Virus record (IMG/VR): IMGVR_UViG_3300044448_003259
Reading direction: 5' to 3' (one strand)
DNA: 31,321 nucleotides
Source of the DNA: a virus
Positions 24,567 to 31,321 of this stretch are shown here, piece after piece. How positions within the stretch are numbered: the stretch's first letter is position 1; each line of letters opens with the position of its first letter. The position numbers and the translations under genes were made by a program. The notes below the pieces were generated by a model. The model worked only from the letters and a program-made list of their open reading frames with translations. It was not told where the DNA came from and ran no database searches.

Positions 24567-24857
24567 CTATAATGTTACATTTTTTAACACTGTCCTTTCT
24601 CTTTCAAACTGAACAAAGTCCATTTCACTTTGTATTAAATAATATCTCTTAAAGGTTTTTTTATCTCCGTACATATTTTTTCTAGTTATAAAAAAGGATT
24701 CTATTCTATGTCCGTCTTGTTTTAAATCTCTTATAGTGCCTTGTAGATCCAAAATTAAAAGCTTTTGCATACACTCCAGCGTGGTTATGCTAAAATCTTC
24801 TTCCTGAAAGTATTTTAATAGTTGTTCTTTTTGTGTCATAATTTTTTTTATTACCAA
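24567..24857 (-). CDS. Winged-helix/HTH DNA-binding protein (HTH_39-like), last gene of the early minus-strand operon
   Basis: FSITTLECMQKLLILDLQGTIRDLKQDGHRIESFFITRKNMYGDKKTFKRYYL fits the pattern it-x-x-ea...RI-x-dLk-x-x-G-x-x-I...+Y-x-L. Confidence 0.55.
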   Translation of the reverse strand: MVIKKIMTQKEQLLKYFQEEDFSITTLECMQKLLILDLQGTIRDLKQDGHRIESFFITRKNMYGDKKTFKRYYLIQSEMDFVQFERERTVLKNVTL

Positions 24858-25039
24858 GATTTAACTTCATTATAAACTTTGTCAAATTGACTTATCATAT
24901 CCTTTGACAAATCTTCTTTATATTGTCCTTGTATAAAATTTTTATTTGTTTTATACATAACTCCCTTTAAAGACATTAATATTTTATTATTATAAATAAA
25001 ATAAGTGGCAATGTCACTTTTATAAATTCCGTTTTTCAT
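24851..25039 (-). CDS. Small hypothetical protein
   Basis: 62-aa ORF within the operon; its 3' end overlaps the start of 24567..24857. Confidence 0.5.
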   Translation of the reverse strand: MKNGIYKSDIATYFIYNNKILMSLKGVMYKTNKNFIQGQYKEDLSKDMISQFDKVYNEVKSW

Positions 25040-25048
25040 ATTTTTTTT

Positions 25049-25414
25049 TTAATTATTATTACTTAATATTTCTTCTATTTCGTCATAAAACTCATAAAAA
25101 GATTCTCTAATTTTTTCACTCGCTAAAAGGCTTGCTAACATTTCTGAATTTAGATTTAATGTATTATAACCCATATTTCCTGCTATTGTTAAACTATCTG
25201 ATAAGCTGGGATCGTGTTCTTTTAAGTATTCAATAGCTCTAGCGTAATAAATTATTTCAACATCAAAAAAACCTTGTTCTTCTAGTTCTTCGTATAAATC
25301 ATCATAGCTAGACATTTCTAAAATATCTTCCATATTAACATAGTCAGTTACAGATTCGTCAGTTTCTTTTTCTATATATTCAAATATATTTTCTAATTTT
25401 TTTTCTTTATTCAT
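25049..25414 (-). CDS. Strongly acidic hypothetical protein
   Basis: 121 aa, roughly a quarter Asp+Glu and very few Lys/Arg (counted by eye). Confidence 0.55.
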   Translation of the reverse strand: MNKEKKLENIFEYIEKETDESVTDYVNMEDILEMSSYDDLYEELEEQGFFDVEIIYYARAIEYLKEHDPSLSDSLTIAGNMGYNTLNLNSEMLASLLASEKIRESFYEFYDEIEEILSNNN

Positions 25415-25664
25415 TTTCTTTATTTTTAAAAATACTATTTACTATTACATCTTGAGAAGCGTTTTTATATTTATAGCCATCTTTATTTTTTAAAAGAAAT
25501 TGAGCTAACTCCTCTCTAACTTGATCTGTTTTGATCCAATTAATTAATTCATAGGCGTCAATGCTTAATGAAAAGTCCTCTCCATTTTCATCAACTCCTA
25601 CTATTGTTACATCACCCTCAAAAAAGTGATATGTATTAATGTCGTTTATTCTTTTTCTATTCAT
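25407..25664 (-). CDS. Small hypothetical protein (start revised to the internal ATG)
   Basis: The ATG at 25664 forms an ATGA overlap with the stop of the upstream 38-aa ORF. The track start at 25709 would overlap that ORF by about 50 nt. Confidence 0.5.
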   Translation of the reverse strand: MNRKRINDINTYHFFEGDVTIVGVDENGEDFSLSIDAYELINWIKTDQVREELAQFLLKNKDGYKYKNASQDVIVNSIFKNKENE

Positions 25665-25777
25665 TTTTCTTGTTTTATTGGCTCGCAAATTTCTCCACAC
25701 TCTGAACACCTTTGGCTATCTGAATTGCTGGGAGCGTTACAGCAATCTGAGTATATATCTATTATTTGTTTTTCCAT
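25661..25777 (-). CDS. 38-aa Cys-rich (zinc-ribbon-like) protein
   Basis: My translation: MEKQIIDIYSDCCNAPSNSDSQRCSECGEICEPIKQEK*. It has two Cys pairs (CC...CxxC...C). Confidence 0.45.
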   Translation of the reverse strand: MEKQIIDIYSDCCNAPSNSDSQRCSECGEICEPIKQEK

Positions 25778-25779
25778 TA

Positions 25780-25851
25780 TTAAAATAAATTAAAAATTAT
25801 ACTTCCTATTATAAATCCTATTAAAATAAATATTATAGTTATCTTATCCAT
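25780..25851 (-). CDS. 23-aa hydrophobic micro-ORF
   Basis: My translation: MDKITIIFILIGFIIGSIIFNLF*. It overlaps the stop of the upstream ORF. Confidence 0.3.
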   Translation of the reverse strand: MDKITIIFILIGFIIGSIIFNLF

Positions 25852-25990
25852 TTTTTAAGGCTTTTTTAATGTTTATTAGTAAACTTATATCTAATTCTTG
25901 AAGATCCATAGCAAACCAATATAACTCTTTAGCAGTCATATCATCTTTTAAAGCTATAATTTCTTCTATTAATCTTTGTTTTGTGTTCAT
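25844..25990 (-). CDS. 48-aa hypothetical protein
   Basis: My translation: MNTKQRLIEEIIALKDDMTAKELYWFAMDLQELDISLLINIKKALKNG*. Confidence 0.4.
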   Translation of the reverse strand: MNTKQRLIEEIIALKDDMTAKELYWFAMDLQELDISLLINIKKALKNG

Positions 25991-25994
25991 TACT

Positions 25995-26186
25995 TTATAT
26001 ATTTTTAATTATTAGTGCTTGTAAATTAGTATAAATGCTTTGTACTTCTAATATTCTATTTTGTATATTAGAATAAAGCGTGTAGTTATCTTCATCTTGA
26101 TATTTTTTTTGTTCTTTTTCTAATTCTTCTAATCTTTTATCTAAAAAAGATCTAAATTCCTCTAATAATATTATGTCTTTTTTCAT
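25995..26186 (-). CDS. Small coiled-coil hypothetical protein
   Basis: 63-aa ORF with a heptad-like charged pattern. Confidence 0.5.
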   Translation of the reverse strand: MKKDIILLEEFRSFLDKRLEELEKEQKKYQDEDNYTLYSNIQNRILEVQSIYTNLQALIIKNI

Positions 26187-26302
26187 TTCTTTATTTTTTT
26201 TATTTGTATTGGTTTTCTTATAAAATATTCGTTGTTTTGGATTTTGTCTATGTTTTCCAAAATATTATTAATATTTCTCTCCCATATTTTATTTTTTTTC
26301 AT
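26183..26302 (-). CDS. 39-aa hypothetical protein
   Basis: My translation: MKKNKIWERNINNILENIDKIQNNEYFIRKPIQIKKIKK*. ATGA overlap with the ORF starting at 26186. Confidence 0.35.
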   Translation of the reverse strand: MKKNKIWERNINNILENIDKIQNNEYFIRKPIQIKKIKK

Positions 26303-26462
26303 TTAACATAATTTTTAATTCCAATAATTGCTTATAAGAAAAATTATTTAAACTTCTTTTCATTTTTGGGTTGCTTGTGACTATAGGGAAATTTTCAATA
26401 ATATATTTTTTTATATTATGTTTCTCAATAGCCTTTTCATAAGGTAAAATTTCTGATTTCAT
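26289..26462 (-). CDS. 57-aa hypothetical protein, first gene of the minus-strand operon
   Basis: My translation: MKSEILPYEKAIEKHNIKKYIIENFPIVTSNPKMKRSLNNFSYKQLLELKIMLNEKK*. Confidence 0.4.
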   Translation of the reverse strand: MKSEILPYEKAIEKHNIKKYIIENFPIVTSNPKMKRSLNNFSYKQLLELKIMLNEKK

Positions 26463-26591
26463 TACTTTTTATTTATTGATTATACAGCTAATATATAAAA
26501 TATTTTTAATAACACAAAAAAAAATTAAATAATAATAAAAAAATTTTTATATAAAAAGAAAATAACTTATATTAGCTAAAATTAAATACTT
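26463..26591. promoter_or_regulatory. Divergent early control region with a 10-bp inverted repeat
   Basis: 129-bp, very AT-rich gap between divergent operons. AGCTAATATA (26486-26495) and its exact reverse complement TATATTAGCT (26568-26577). On the minus strand, TGTATAAT (26479-26486) is an extended -10-like element. Confidence 0.5.
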
Positions 26592-26816
26592 ATGAGATTT
26601 AAACAATTTAATACTCAGGATCAAGTAAAAGAAACCTTGATGCTGGAAATGATGAAAAACAAAGTAAAGAAAAATCATTTAGCAAAAGAGCTAGGGCTGT
26701 CTTACCCAACAATGTTGGCGAAATTAGATAGTCCTTTTAGCTTTAAAGTAAGTGAGCTTTTATTATTATGCGAAGTAATCAATATGGATCTAAACGAATT
26801 ATTAATTAAATACTAA
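26592..26816 (+). CDS. XRE/Cro-type HTH transcriptional regulator
   Basis: KKNHLAKELGLSYPTMLAKLDSP is an HTH. 74 aa, first gene of the rightward operon. Confidence 0.6.
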   Translation: MRFKQFNTQDQVKETLMLEMMKNKVKKNHLAKELGLSYPTMLAKLDSPFSFKVSELLLLCEVINMDLNELLIKY

Positions 26817-26821
26817 ACAAA

Positions 26822-27223
26822 ATGGAAATTAAAAAATCAAAAATTGAAGAATTAAATTTACAAGCAGATAAATTTAACGATATGTTTATTTTTACTATAT
26901 CTTTTGAAAATGGAGATATAGGAAAGTTATATAAGAAAAAGGAAAAAATCTTTGAAAAAGTAGGAGATGAAGTAGAATATACTTTAAGTCCTAAAGGAAC
27001 TGTTAAAATAATTTTTAAAGGAGATACTCAATTTAGTCAAAAATCTCCCAGCTATTCAAATACTAAAACTGATGTAAATACAGAAATAAGATTTAGTGTA
27101 GCTTTTAAAGGGGCTATTGAATTAGCTGCAGGTGGAAAAATAGGTATTGATGAGGTTGAGAAGTTTACAGTAATGTATGATGAATTTCTTAAAGACAAAA
27201 CATCAGTTGAAATGCCTTTTTAA
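26822..27223 (+). CDS. Hypothetical protein
   Basis: 133-aa ORF, no motif recognised. Confidence 0.5.
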   Translation: MEIKKSKIEELNLQADKFNDMFIFTISFENGDIGKLYKKKEKIFEKVGDEVEYTLSPKGTVKIIFKGDTQFSQKSPSYSNTKTDVNTEIRFSVAFKGAIELAAGGKIGIDEVEKFTVMYDEFLKDKTSVEMPF

Positions 27224-27292
27224 CAATCAATTATTAATAACTTTTTTTTTAATATTTTTTGAATATTAAAAATTATTTATATTTTTAAAATT

Positions 27293-28054
27293 ATGAAATC
27301 AATATTAGCGTCAAGTTCTTTCTTTATTATTAATAAAAACCTGTTATATTTTGTTGGGCTTGACGCAAGTATTGTTTTATCAGATCTTGTACAAAAGAGG
27401 GCATACTTTAAACAAACCCACCAATTAAACGGTGGGTTTTTTTATAACACCTCTGAATCAATTAGCTGTAGTACTTCGCTTTCTTATTATCAAATTAAAC
27501 AAGCTTTGTCAATCTTACAAAGAAACGATTTTGTAGAGGTTAAGTTAAAAGGAATACCGGCAAAAAACCATTTTAAAATATTTGATGACAAAATATTAAA
27601 ATACCTAAATACCTGTAATGAAAAAATTGTAATACAGGAATGCGAAAATTTTAAATTAAATAATAATAAAGAAATAAGAATAAAAAATAATAACAAGAGT
27701 AGCTCTCGCAAAGAAAGGTTTTTAAATGATTTAAAAGAATTAGAGCCTAGAGATTATATAGAGGACTTTGTTGATTATTGGACAGAAGAAAACAATTCAG
27801 GTAAACAAAGGTGGGAATTAGAAAAAACTTGGAATACCAGCTTAAGATATAAGCGTTGGTGTAGAAATCAAAAGAATTTTAGCAACGGAAGTAGTGCAAA
27901 TAATATGCCTGACTTTTTAGATAGTGCATACTTAAATAGAATTAGAGAGGATCAATCACAAGTAAACAAGTTTTACAAACACCTTGTAGATAATTGTCAG
28001 TATGAAAAAATAGAAACTTTAACAGGCCACATTAAATACAGAAAGAAAAGATGA
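27293..28054 (+). CDS. Putative replication organiser / DNA-binding protein (N-terminal winged-helix-like)
   Basis: FFIINKNLLYFVGLDASIVLSDLVQKRAYF...SESISCSTSLSYYQIKQALSILQRNDFVEV resembles the N-terminal wHTH of DnaD/phage replication initiator-like proteins. Weak call. Confidence 0.3.
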   Translation: MKSILASSSFFIINKNLLYFVGLDASIVLSDLVQKRAYFKQTHQLNGGFFYNTSESISCSTSLSYYQIKQALSILQRNDFVEVKLKGIPAKNHFKIFDDKILKYLNTCNEKIVIQECENFKLNNNKEIRIKNNNKSSSRKERFLNDLKELEPRDYIEDFVDYWTEENNSGKQRWELEKTWNTSLRYKRWCRNQKNFSNGSSANNMPDFLDSAYLNRIREDQSQVNKFYKHLVDNCQYEKIETLTGHIKYRKKR

Positions 28055-28650
28055 AAAATTGGTTAAATAATAGAAATAAAAACACAGTTTATACAACACT
28101 AGGGGCAAGTAGTCATAGTAAAGATGATAGGGAACAATATGATTATTATGCAACAAACCCTAAATGTGTAGAAGATCTATTTGAAAGGGAAGTTTTTAGT
28201 GGAAATATTTGGGAGTGTGCTTGTGGGGAGGGTCACTTATCTAAAAGAATGTTAAAAATTGGTAGTCACTATGGAATAAATGTTTATAGCTCGGATATAA
28301 TAGATCGTGGCTATGGTGATGTGTTAGATTTTTTATCTATAGATGTGCAAGAGTGGTTAGGTGATATAGTAACCAATCCACCTTATAAATACGCACAGGA
28401 TTTTGTAGAAAAATCATTAAAAATAATACCTAATGGAAATAAGGTTGCTATGTTTTTAAAGCTAACATTTTTAGAGGGGCAAAAAAGAAAATTATTATTT
28501 AAACACAACCCTCCCAAAATAGTATATGTTTATAGTAAAAGACAAGAATGTGCTAAAAATGGAGAATTTAAAGGAACAAGTGCTGTTGCATATTGTTGGT
28601 ATATTTGGGAAAAAGGCTTTAATGGTGACACAATTATTAAGTGGATATGA
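28051..28650 (+). CDS. SAM-dependent DNA amino-methyltransferase (NPPY; N6-adenine or N4-cytosine)
   Basis: YYATNP, motif I-like WECACGEGHLS and motif IV DIVTNPPY. Confidence 0.7.
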   Translation: MKNWLNNRNKNTVYTTLGASSHSKDDREQYDYYATNPKCVEDLFEREVFSGNIWECACGEGHLSKRMLKIGSHYGINVYSSDIIDRGYGDVLDFLSIDVQEWLGDIVTNPPYKYAQDFVEKSLKIIPNGNKVAMFLKLTFLEGQKRKLLFKHNPPKIVYVYSKRQECAKNGEFKGTSAVAYCWYIWEKGFNGDTIIKWI

Positions 28651-28787
28651 TATTTATAAGTTTTATAAAGAATGGTTTGTTGCTTGGGGTTAGACATTTT
28701 GAGCCTGATGAAATAAGAAAGTATTGGGAGATCCATATACTATTATTAGTATTTCAAATTAATATATTTATACATACAGAAAAATGA
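28647..28787 (+). CDS. 46-aa hypothetical protein (below the track cutoff)
   Basis: My translation: MIFISFIKNGLLLGVRHFEPDEIRKYWEIHILLLVFQINIFIHTEK*. ATGA overlaps at both ends link the two methyltransferase genes. Confidence 0.4.
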   Translation: MIFISFIKNGLLLGVRHFEPDEIRKYWEIHILLLVFQINIFIHTEK

Positions 28788-28885
28788 TAGAGGTTTCATT
28801 AATAAGTTTTTTAACAGGGTTGGCTATGGGTTTGTATGTTTCCAGCTGGCTAATTAAGTGGATAGATAAAAAAACAAAAAAATGA
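28784..28885 (+). CDS. 33-aa single-TM micro-protein
   Basis: My translation: MIEVSLISFLTGLAMGLYVSSWLIKWIDKKTKK*. ATGA overlaps at both ends. Confidence 0.4.
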   Translation: MIEVSLISFLTGLAMGLYVSSWLIKWIDKKTKK

Positions 28886-29523
28886 AAATACTTAATTTAT
28901 ACGCTTGTCTAGGTGGAAATAGATACAAATGGAATGAAGTAAAAGATGATATAGAAGTTACTGCTGTTGAAAAAGATTTAGAATTAGCTAAATTATATAA
29001 ACAAAGGTTTCCTAATGATAAAGTTGTATTAGGTGACGCTCACGAATACTTACTACATAATTATAAAAACTTTGATTTTATTTGGAGTAGCCCTCCTTGT
29101 CCTACTCATAGTAGAGCAAGATTTGCTAGGAGAAATACAACCACTTCATTATATCCTGATATGACATTATACCAAGAAATAATACTTTTAAAACACTATT
29201 TTAAAGGTAAATATTGTGTTGAAAATGTAATGCCTTTTTATGATAGTTTAATTCCAGGAAAGCAAAGAGGCAGACACTTGTATTGGACAAATTTTAGGCT
29301 ACCAAGTGATTTAAAAGAAAGAAAATGCTCTATAATGAAAGGTAAAAATGAAGTTAAAAGGTGGTCAGAATTTCACGAATACGACTTTAATAAATATAAA
29401 GGAAAACAAAGGTTAGATAAAATAGCTAGAAATTTAGTAGATTATGAAGCTGGAAAAGCAATATTTCAAACGCTAATAGACATTAAACAAAACAAAGTAG
29501 AACAAATAGGACTTTTTAAATGA
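28882..29523 (+). CDS. DNA (cytosine-5) methyltransferase, minimal form with an almost absent target-recognition domain
   Basis: Motif I LNLYACLGGN, motif IV SSPPCPTHS (catalytic Pro-Cys), motif VI CVENV and motif VIII QRGRHLYW. Only about 85 aa follow motif VIII. Confidence 0.75.
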   Translation: MKILNLYACLGGNRYKWNEVKDDIEVTAVEKDLELAKLYKQRFPNDKVVLGDAHEYLLHNYKNFDFIWSSPPCPTHSRARFARRNTTTSLYPDMTLYQEIILLKHYFKGKYCVENVMPFYDSLIPGKQRGRHLYWTNFRLPSDLKERKCSIMKGKNEVKRWSEFHEYDFNKYKGKQRLDKIARNLVDYEAGKAIFQTLIDIKQNKVEQIGLFK

Positions 29524-29864
29524 AAGAACAAGATTTACACAATAGCGTAGTAGCTTTATTAAATTGCTACCCTTTTATTTTATATACCTCAACTTTAGGG
29601 GGAGTTTATTTAGGAAAGGGAAACTATAAACAAAAGGCTTTAGTTAAAAGACACTACAAAAAAGGAGTGCCTGATATTTTAATATTTGAGCCTAATAAAG
29701 ATTACAAAGGTCTTATGGTAGAACTAAAGGTAGGCTACAATAAACCAAGTATTTATCAGAAAAAATGGATAGATAATTTAAACGCAAGGGGTTATAAAGC
29801 TGTAGTATGCTATTCATTAGAAGAATTTGCAGAAGTATTTACTAAATATATAAAAACGATATGA
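29520..29864 (+). CDS. VRR-NUC domain nuclease (PD-(D/E)xK)
   Basis: KGVPDILIF...GLMVELKVG...QKKWIDNLNARGY matches the VRR-NUC pattern D...E-x-K...Q...G. Confidence 0.7.
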   Translation: MKEQDLHNSVVALLNCYPFILYTSTLGGVYLGKGNYKQKALVKRHYKKGVPDILIFEPNKDYKGLMVELKVGYNKPSIYQKKWIDNLNARGYKAVVCYSLEEFAEVFTKYIKTI

Positions 29865-30151
29865 GAAAAAAACACGATTCTTTTAAGAATATTAGAACAA
29901 AAGACGGTAGAGAAAATTTTAGATATTTTTTATTTGAGGTAGATAGAGGGGTTACAAATGATGTTTATATACACAAAGAAACGCAGGTAATTTTTGATGA
30001 AGATGAGTATATACTAAATAAAATAGATTTTATTCAGGATCAATACACCCCTCAAATGATAGCAGTAGAGATAAGTCCGCTGGGAAAATGGGAGTACAAT
30101 GCTTTAAAAAATTCAGGAGTTAATTTATTTGTTGAGCTGTGCAAGAACTAA
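29861..30151 (+). CDS. Hypothetical protein
   Basis: 96-aa ORF, ATGA-coupled to the VRR-NUC gene. Confidence 0.5.
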   Translation: MRKKHDSFKNIRTKDGRENFRYFLFEVDRGVTNDVYIHKETQVIFDEDEYILNKIDFIQDQYTPQMIAVEISPLGKWEYNALKNSGVNLFVELCKN

Positions 30152-30666
30152 ATATATATTTAGAAAAAAGCTACAGCAAGTTGTTAGAAATTAGTAAAAG
30201 AATAACTAGCAACAGGCACCCTGATTGTGAGGATTTATTACACGAAACAATATTAGCGTTATATAACTCAAATCAAGAAAAAATTAAAGATATTATTCAG
30301 CAAAAAAAACTAACTTTTTATATAGTTAGAATAATGATGAATCAGTATCAAAGCAATACAAGTCCTTATCATAAAAAGTATAGAAAGCAATACAACGAAA
30401 AACAATTAAAACAATTTTATATTTATACTAAAGAGCCATTAACAAAAGAAAAGCTAAATGAATTTGAAGAAAGAGAAAAAAGGCTACAATGGATAGATAA
30501 AAAACTAGAGGGCTTGGGGTGGTTTGATGTTTCTGTTTTTAAATTGTATTATAAAGAGAATTTTAGTTTAAATAGTATGAGCAGGGCAACAAAGATAAAT
30601 AGAAGTACATTAGGAAAATCAATTAGGTTTATTAAAAATTTTTTAAAAAATGAAAAACAAAAGTAA
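30139..30666 (+). CDS. ECF-like sigma-70 family sigma factor (regions 2 and 4 only)
   Basis: Region 2-like CEDLLHETILALY...FYIVRIMMNQYQS. Region 4-like FDVSVFKLYYKENFSLNSMSRATKINRSTLGKSIRFIKNFLK. GTG start. Confidence 0.6.
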   Translation: MQELNIYLEKSYSKLLEISKRITSNRHPDCEDLLHETILALYNSNQEKIKDIIQQKKLTFYIVRIMMNQYQSNTSPYHKKYRKQYNEKQLKQFYIYTKEPLTKEKLNEFEEREKRLQWIDKKLEGLGWFDVSVFKLYYKENFSLNSMSRATKINRSTLGKSIRFIKNFLKNEKQK

Positions 30667-31018
30667 AGGACTAGGAGATAGTATAGCTAAAATAACTAAA
30701 GCAACAGGAATAGATAAAATAGCTAAAAAAGTATTAGGAGATGATTGTGGTTGTGAAGAACGCAGAAAGAAACTAAATCAAATGTTTCCGTATGTTTCTT
30801 CAATTAGACAATTTACAGAAGATGAAATAAAAATCTATGAAGAAATAGTACCAATAATAGAAAAAAACCAAAGGCTAAATGCAGAAGAAAAAACTATAAT
30901 AAACGCTTTATATAAGTCAGTGTTTGGTAGTAACCCAGCGTGGAAAAGTTGCTCTCCTTGTAATAAAAAAATAATGGACAATCTAAAAAAGGTATATGAT
31001 AAAAGCTGTAAAATATGA
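30650..31018 (+). CDS. Hypothetical Cys-containing protein
   Basis: 122-aa ORF. GLGDSIAKITKATGIDKIAKKVLGDDCGCEERRKKLNQMFPY, plus a later CSPC. Confidence 0.5.
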   Translation: MKNKSKGLGDSIAKITKATGIDKIAKKVLGDDCGCEERRKKLNQMFPYVSSIRQFTEDEIKIYEEIVPIIEKNQRLNAEEKTIINALYKSVFGSNPAWKSCSPCNKKIMDNLKKVYDKSCKI

Positions 31019-31290
31019 AAAAGCACACTAAAATATATATGGACTTTCACGATTATTGTAAAGAGGACTTTATACCCTGTGAATATTGTGGAACAACTGC
31101 TGTTGATATTCACCACATTTCACCAAGAGGAATAGGTGGGGATCCGTTAGGGCATAAGAATCAGATAGAAAATTTAATAGCTCTATGTAGAAGCTGTCAT
31201 ATTAAAGCTGAAATGGACAAAGAGTTTAATCAGCAATTAAAAGAACAAAATTTAATTAAACACAATCAATATGAAGAAAATAAGTATTAA
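31015..31290 (+). CDS. HNH endonuclease
   Basis: CEYCG...DIHHISPRG...NLIALCRSCHIKAE is a classic HNH (CxxC...HH...N...CxxCH). Confidence 0.85.
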   Translation: MKKHTKIYMDFHDYCKEDFIPCEYCGTTAVDIHHISPRGIGGDPLGHKNQIENLIALCRSCHIKAEMDKEFNQQLKEQNLIKHNQYEENKY

Positions 31291-31321
31291 TAAAGTTAAG
31301 CCTAATAAAGAAAACCCAAGA
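31195..31321. repeat. Terminal direct repeat, copy 2 (identical to 1..127)
   Basis: See copy 1. It also re-presents the first 51 nt of the ParB-like gene (31271..31321). Confidence 0.95.

Noticed and set aside
26592-26816. HTH regulators plus a divergent control region as evidence for a temperate lifestyle
   Set aside because: I could not recognise an integrase, excisionase, recombinase or CI-length repressor anywhere in the closed genome. Cro-like regulators also occur in virulent phages.
27249-27269. Palindrome TTAATATT-N5-AATATTAA in the gap before 27293, as a terminator or operator
   Set aside because: The stem is made only of A/T pairs, so it has negligible stability. Such palindromes are expected by chance at this base composition.
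30397-30428. Fifth partial copy of the bipartite motif (GAAAAACAATT-N11-ATATTTATAC) inside the sigma-factor gene
   Set aside because: Only the AACAAT core of the upstream box matches, and it sits within coding sequence. Chance occurrence in AT-rich DNA is plausible. It is worth including in a formal matrix scan.
58-31116. Antisense or nested ORFs from the six-frame track: 58..240, 1318..1551, 1712..1954, 3388..3588, 4138..4452, 4382..4567, 5731..5952, 11259..11675, 12350..12595, 13070..13282, 13428..13649, 13496..13741, 18028..18234, 19152..19340, 19901..20104, 22363..22578, 27490..27711, 28530..28736 and 30835..31116 (all minus strand), plus 20601..20837 (plus strand).
   Set aside because: Each lies wholly or mostly inside a longer ORF that has recognisable motifs or operon context. 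Their products are Leu/Ile/Phe/Ser-rich low-complexity strings, as expected from reading AT-rich coding DNA out of frame. None has a coupled start-stop arrangement like the real genes.
1-31321. tRNA genes, CRISPR arrays and insertion sequences
   Set aside because: A visual scan found no T-loop-like GGTTCGA/GTTCAAAT contexts in the few non-coding gaps, no repeat-spacer arrays and no transposase-like ORFs. The gaps are too short to hold them. A tRNAscan or covariance-model run would be needed to be certain.

Overview
The window is a complete, circularly closed tailed-phage genome. Positions 1-127 repeat exactly at 31195-31321, so the unique unit is 31,194 bp. The DNA is AT-rich and tightly packed, with many ATGA/TAATG start-stop overlaps. 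Start codons follow A-rich tracts rather than Shine-Dalgarno sequences, and one secreted protein ends in a T9SS-like sorting tail. Together these suggest (inference) a Bacteroidota/Flavobacteriia host.

Layout: one ~29 kb plus-strand series starts at a divergent control region (26463-26591). It runs through an early/DNA-metabolism block: HTH regulator, putative replication organiser, NPPY amino-methyltransferase, minimal C5 cytosine methyltransferase, VRR-NUC nuclease, ECF-like sigma factor and HNH endonuclease. It then crosses the circular junction into a ParB-like / GT-A glycosyltransferase / TET-JBP dioxygenase cassette. After that come terS, terL, tail genes, a tape-measure-like protein, protease/scaffold/major capsid, a putative tail tube, the portal, a secreted-protein cassette, a lysis cassette and a metallophosphoesterase. 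A ~1.9 kb minus-strand operon (24567-26462) holds ten very small genes, six of them below the 60-aa cutoff of the ORF track. I saw no integrase, DNA polymerase, tRNA or CRISPR array.

Most notable observations:
(1) a predicted post-replicative cytosine hypermodification pathway (C5-MTase -> TET/JBP -> glycosyltransferase);
(2) a phage-encoded outer-membrane beta-barrel next to a secreted protein with an LDL-receptor-class-A-like calcium-binding motif and a T9SS-type C-terminal tail;
(3) a bipartite promoter-like motif present four times before morphogenesis genes, paired with a phage ECF-like sigma factor;
(4) a T10 slippery run with a fully open -1 frame that reaches the next gene.

All functional calls come from motifs recognised by eye. 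No database search or computation was run.
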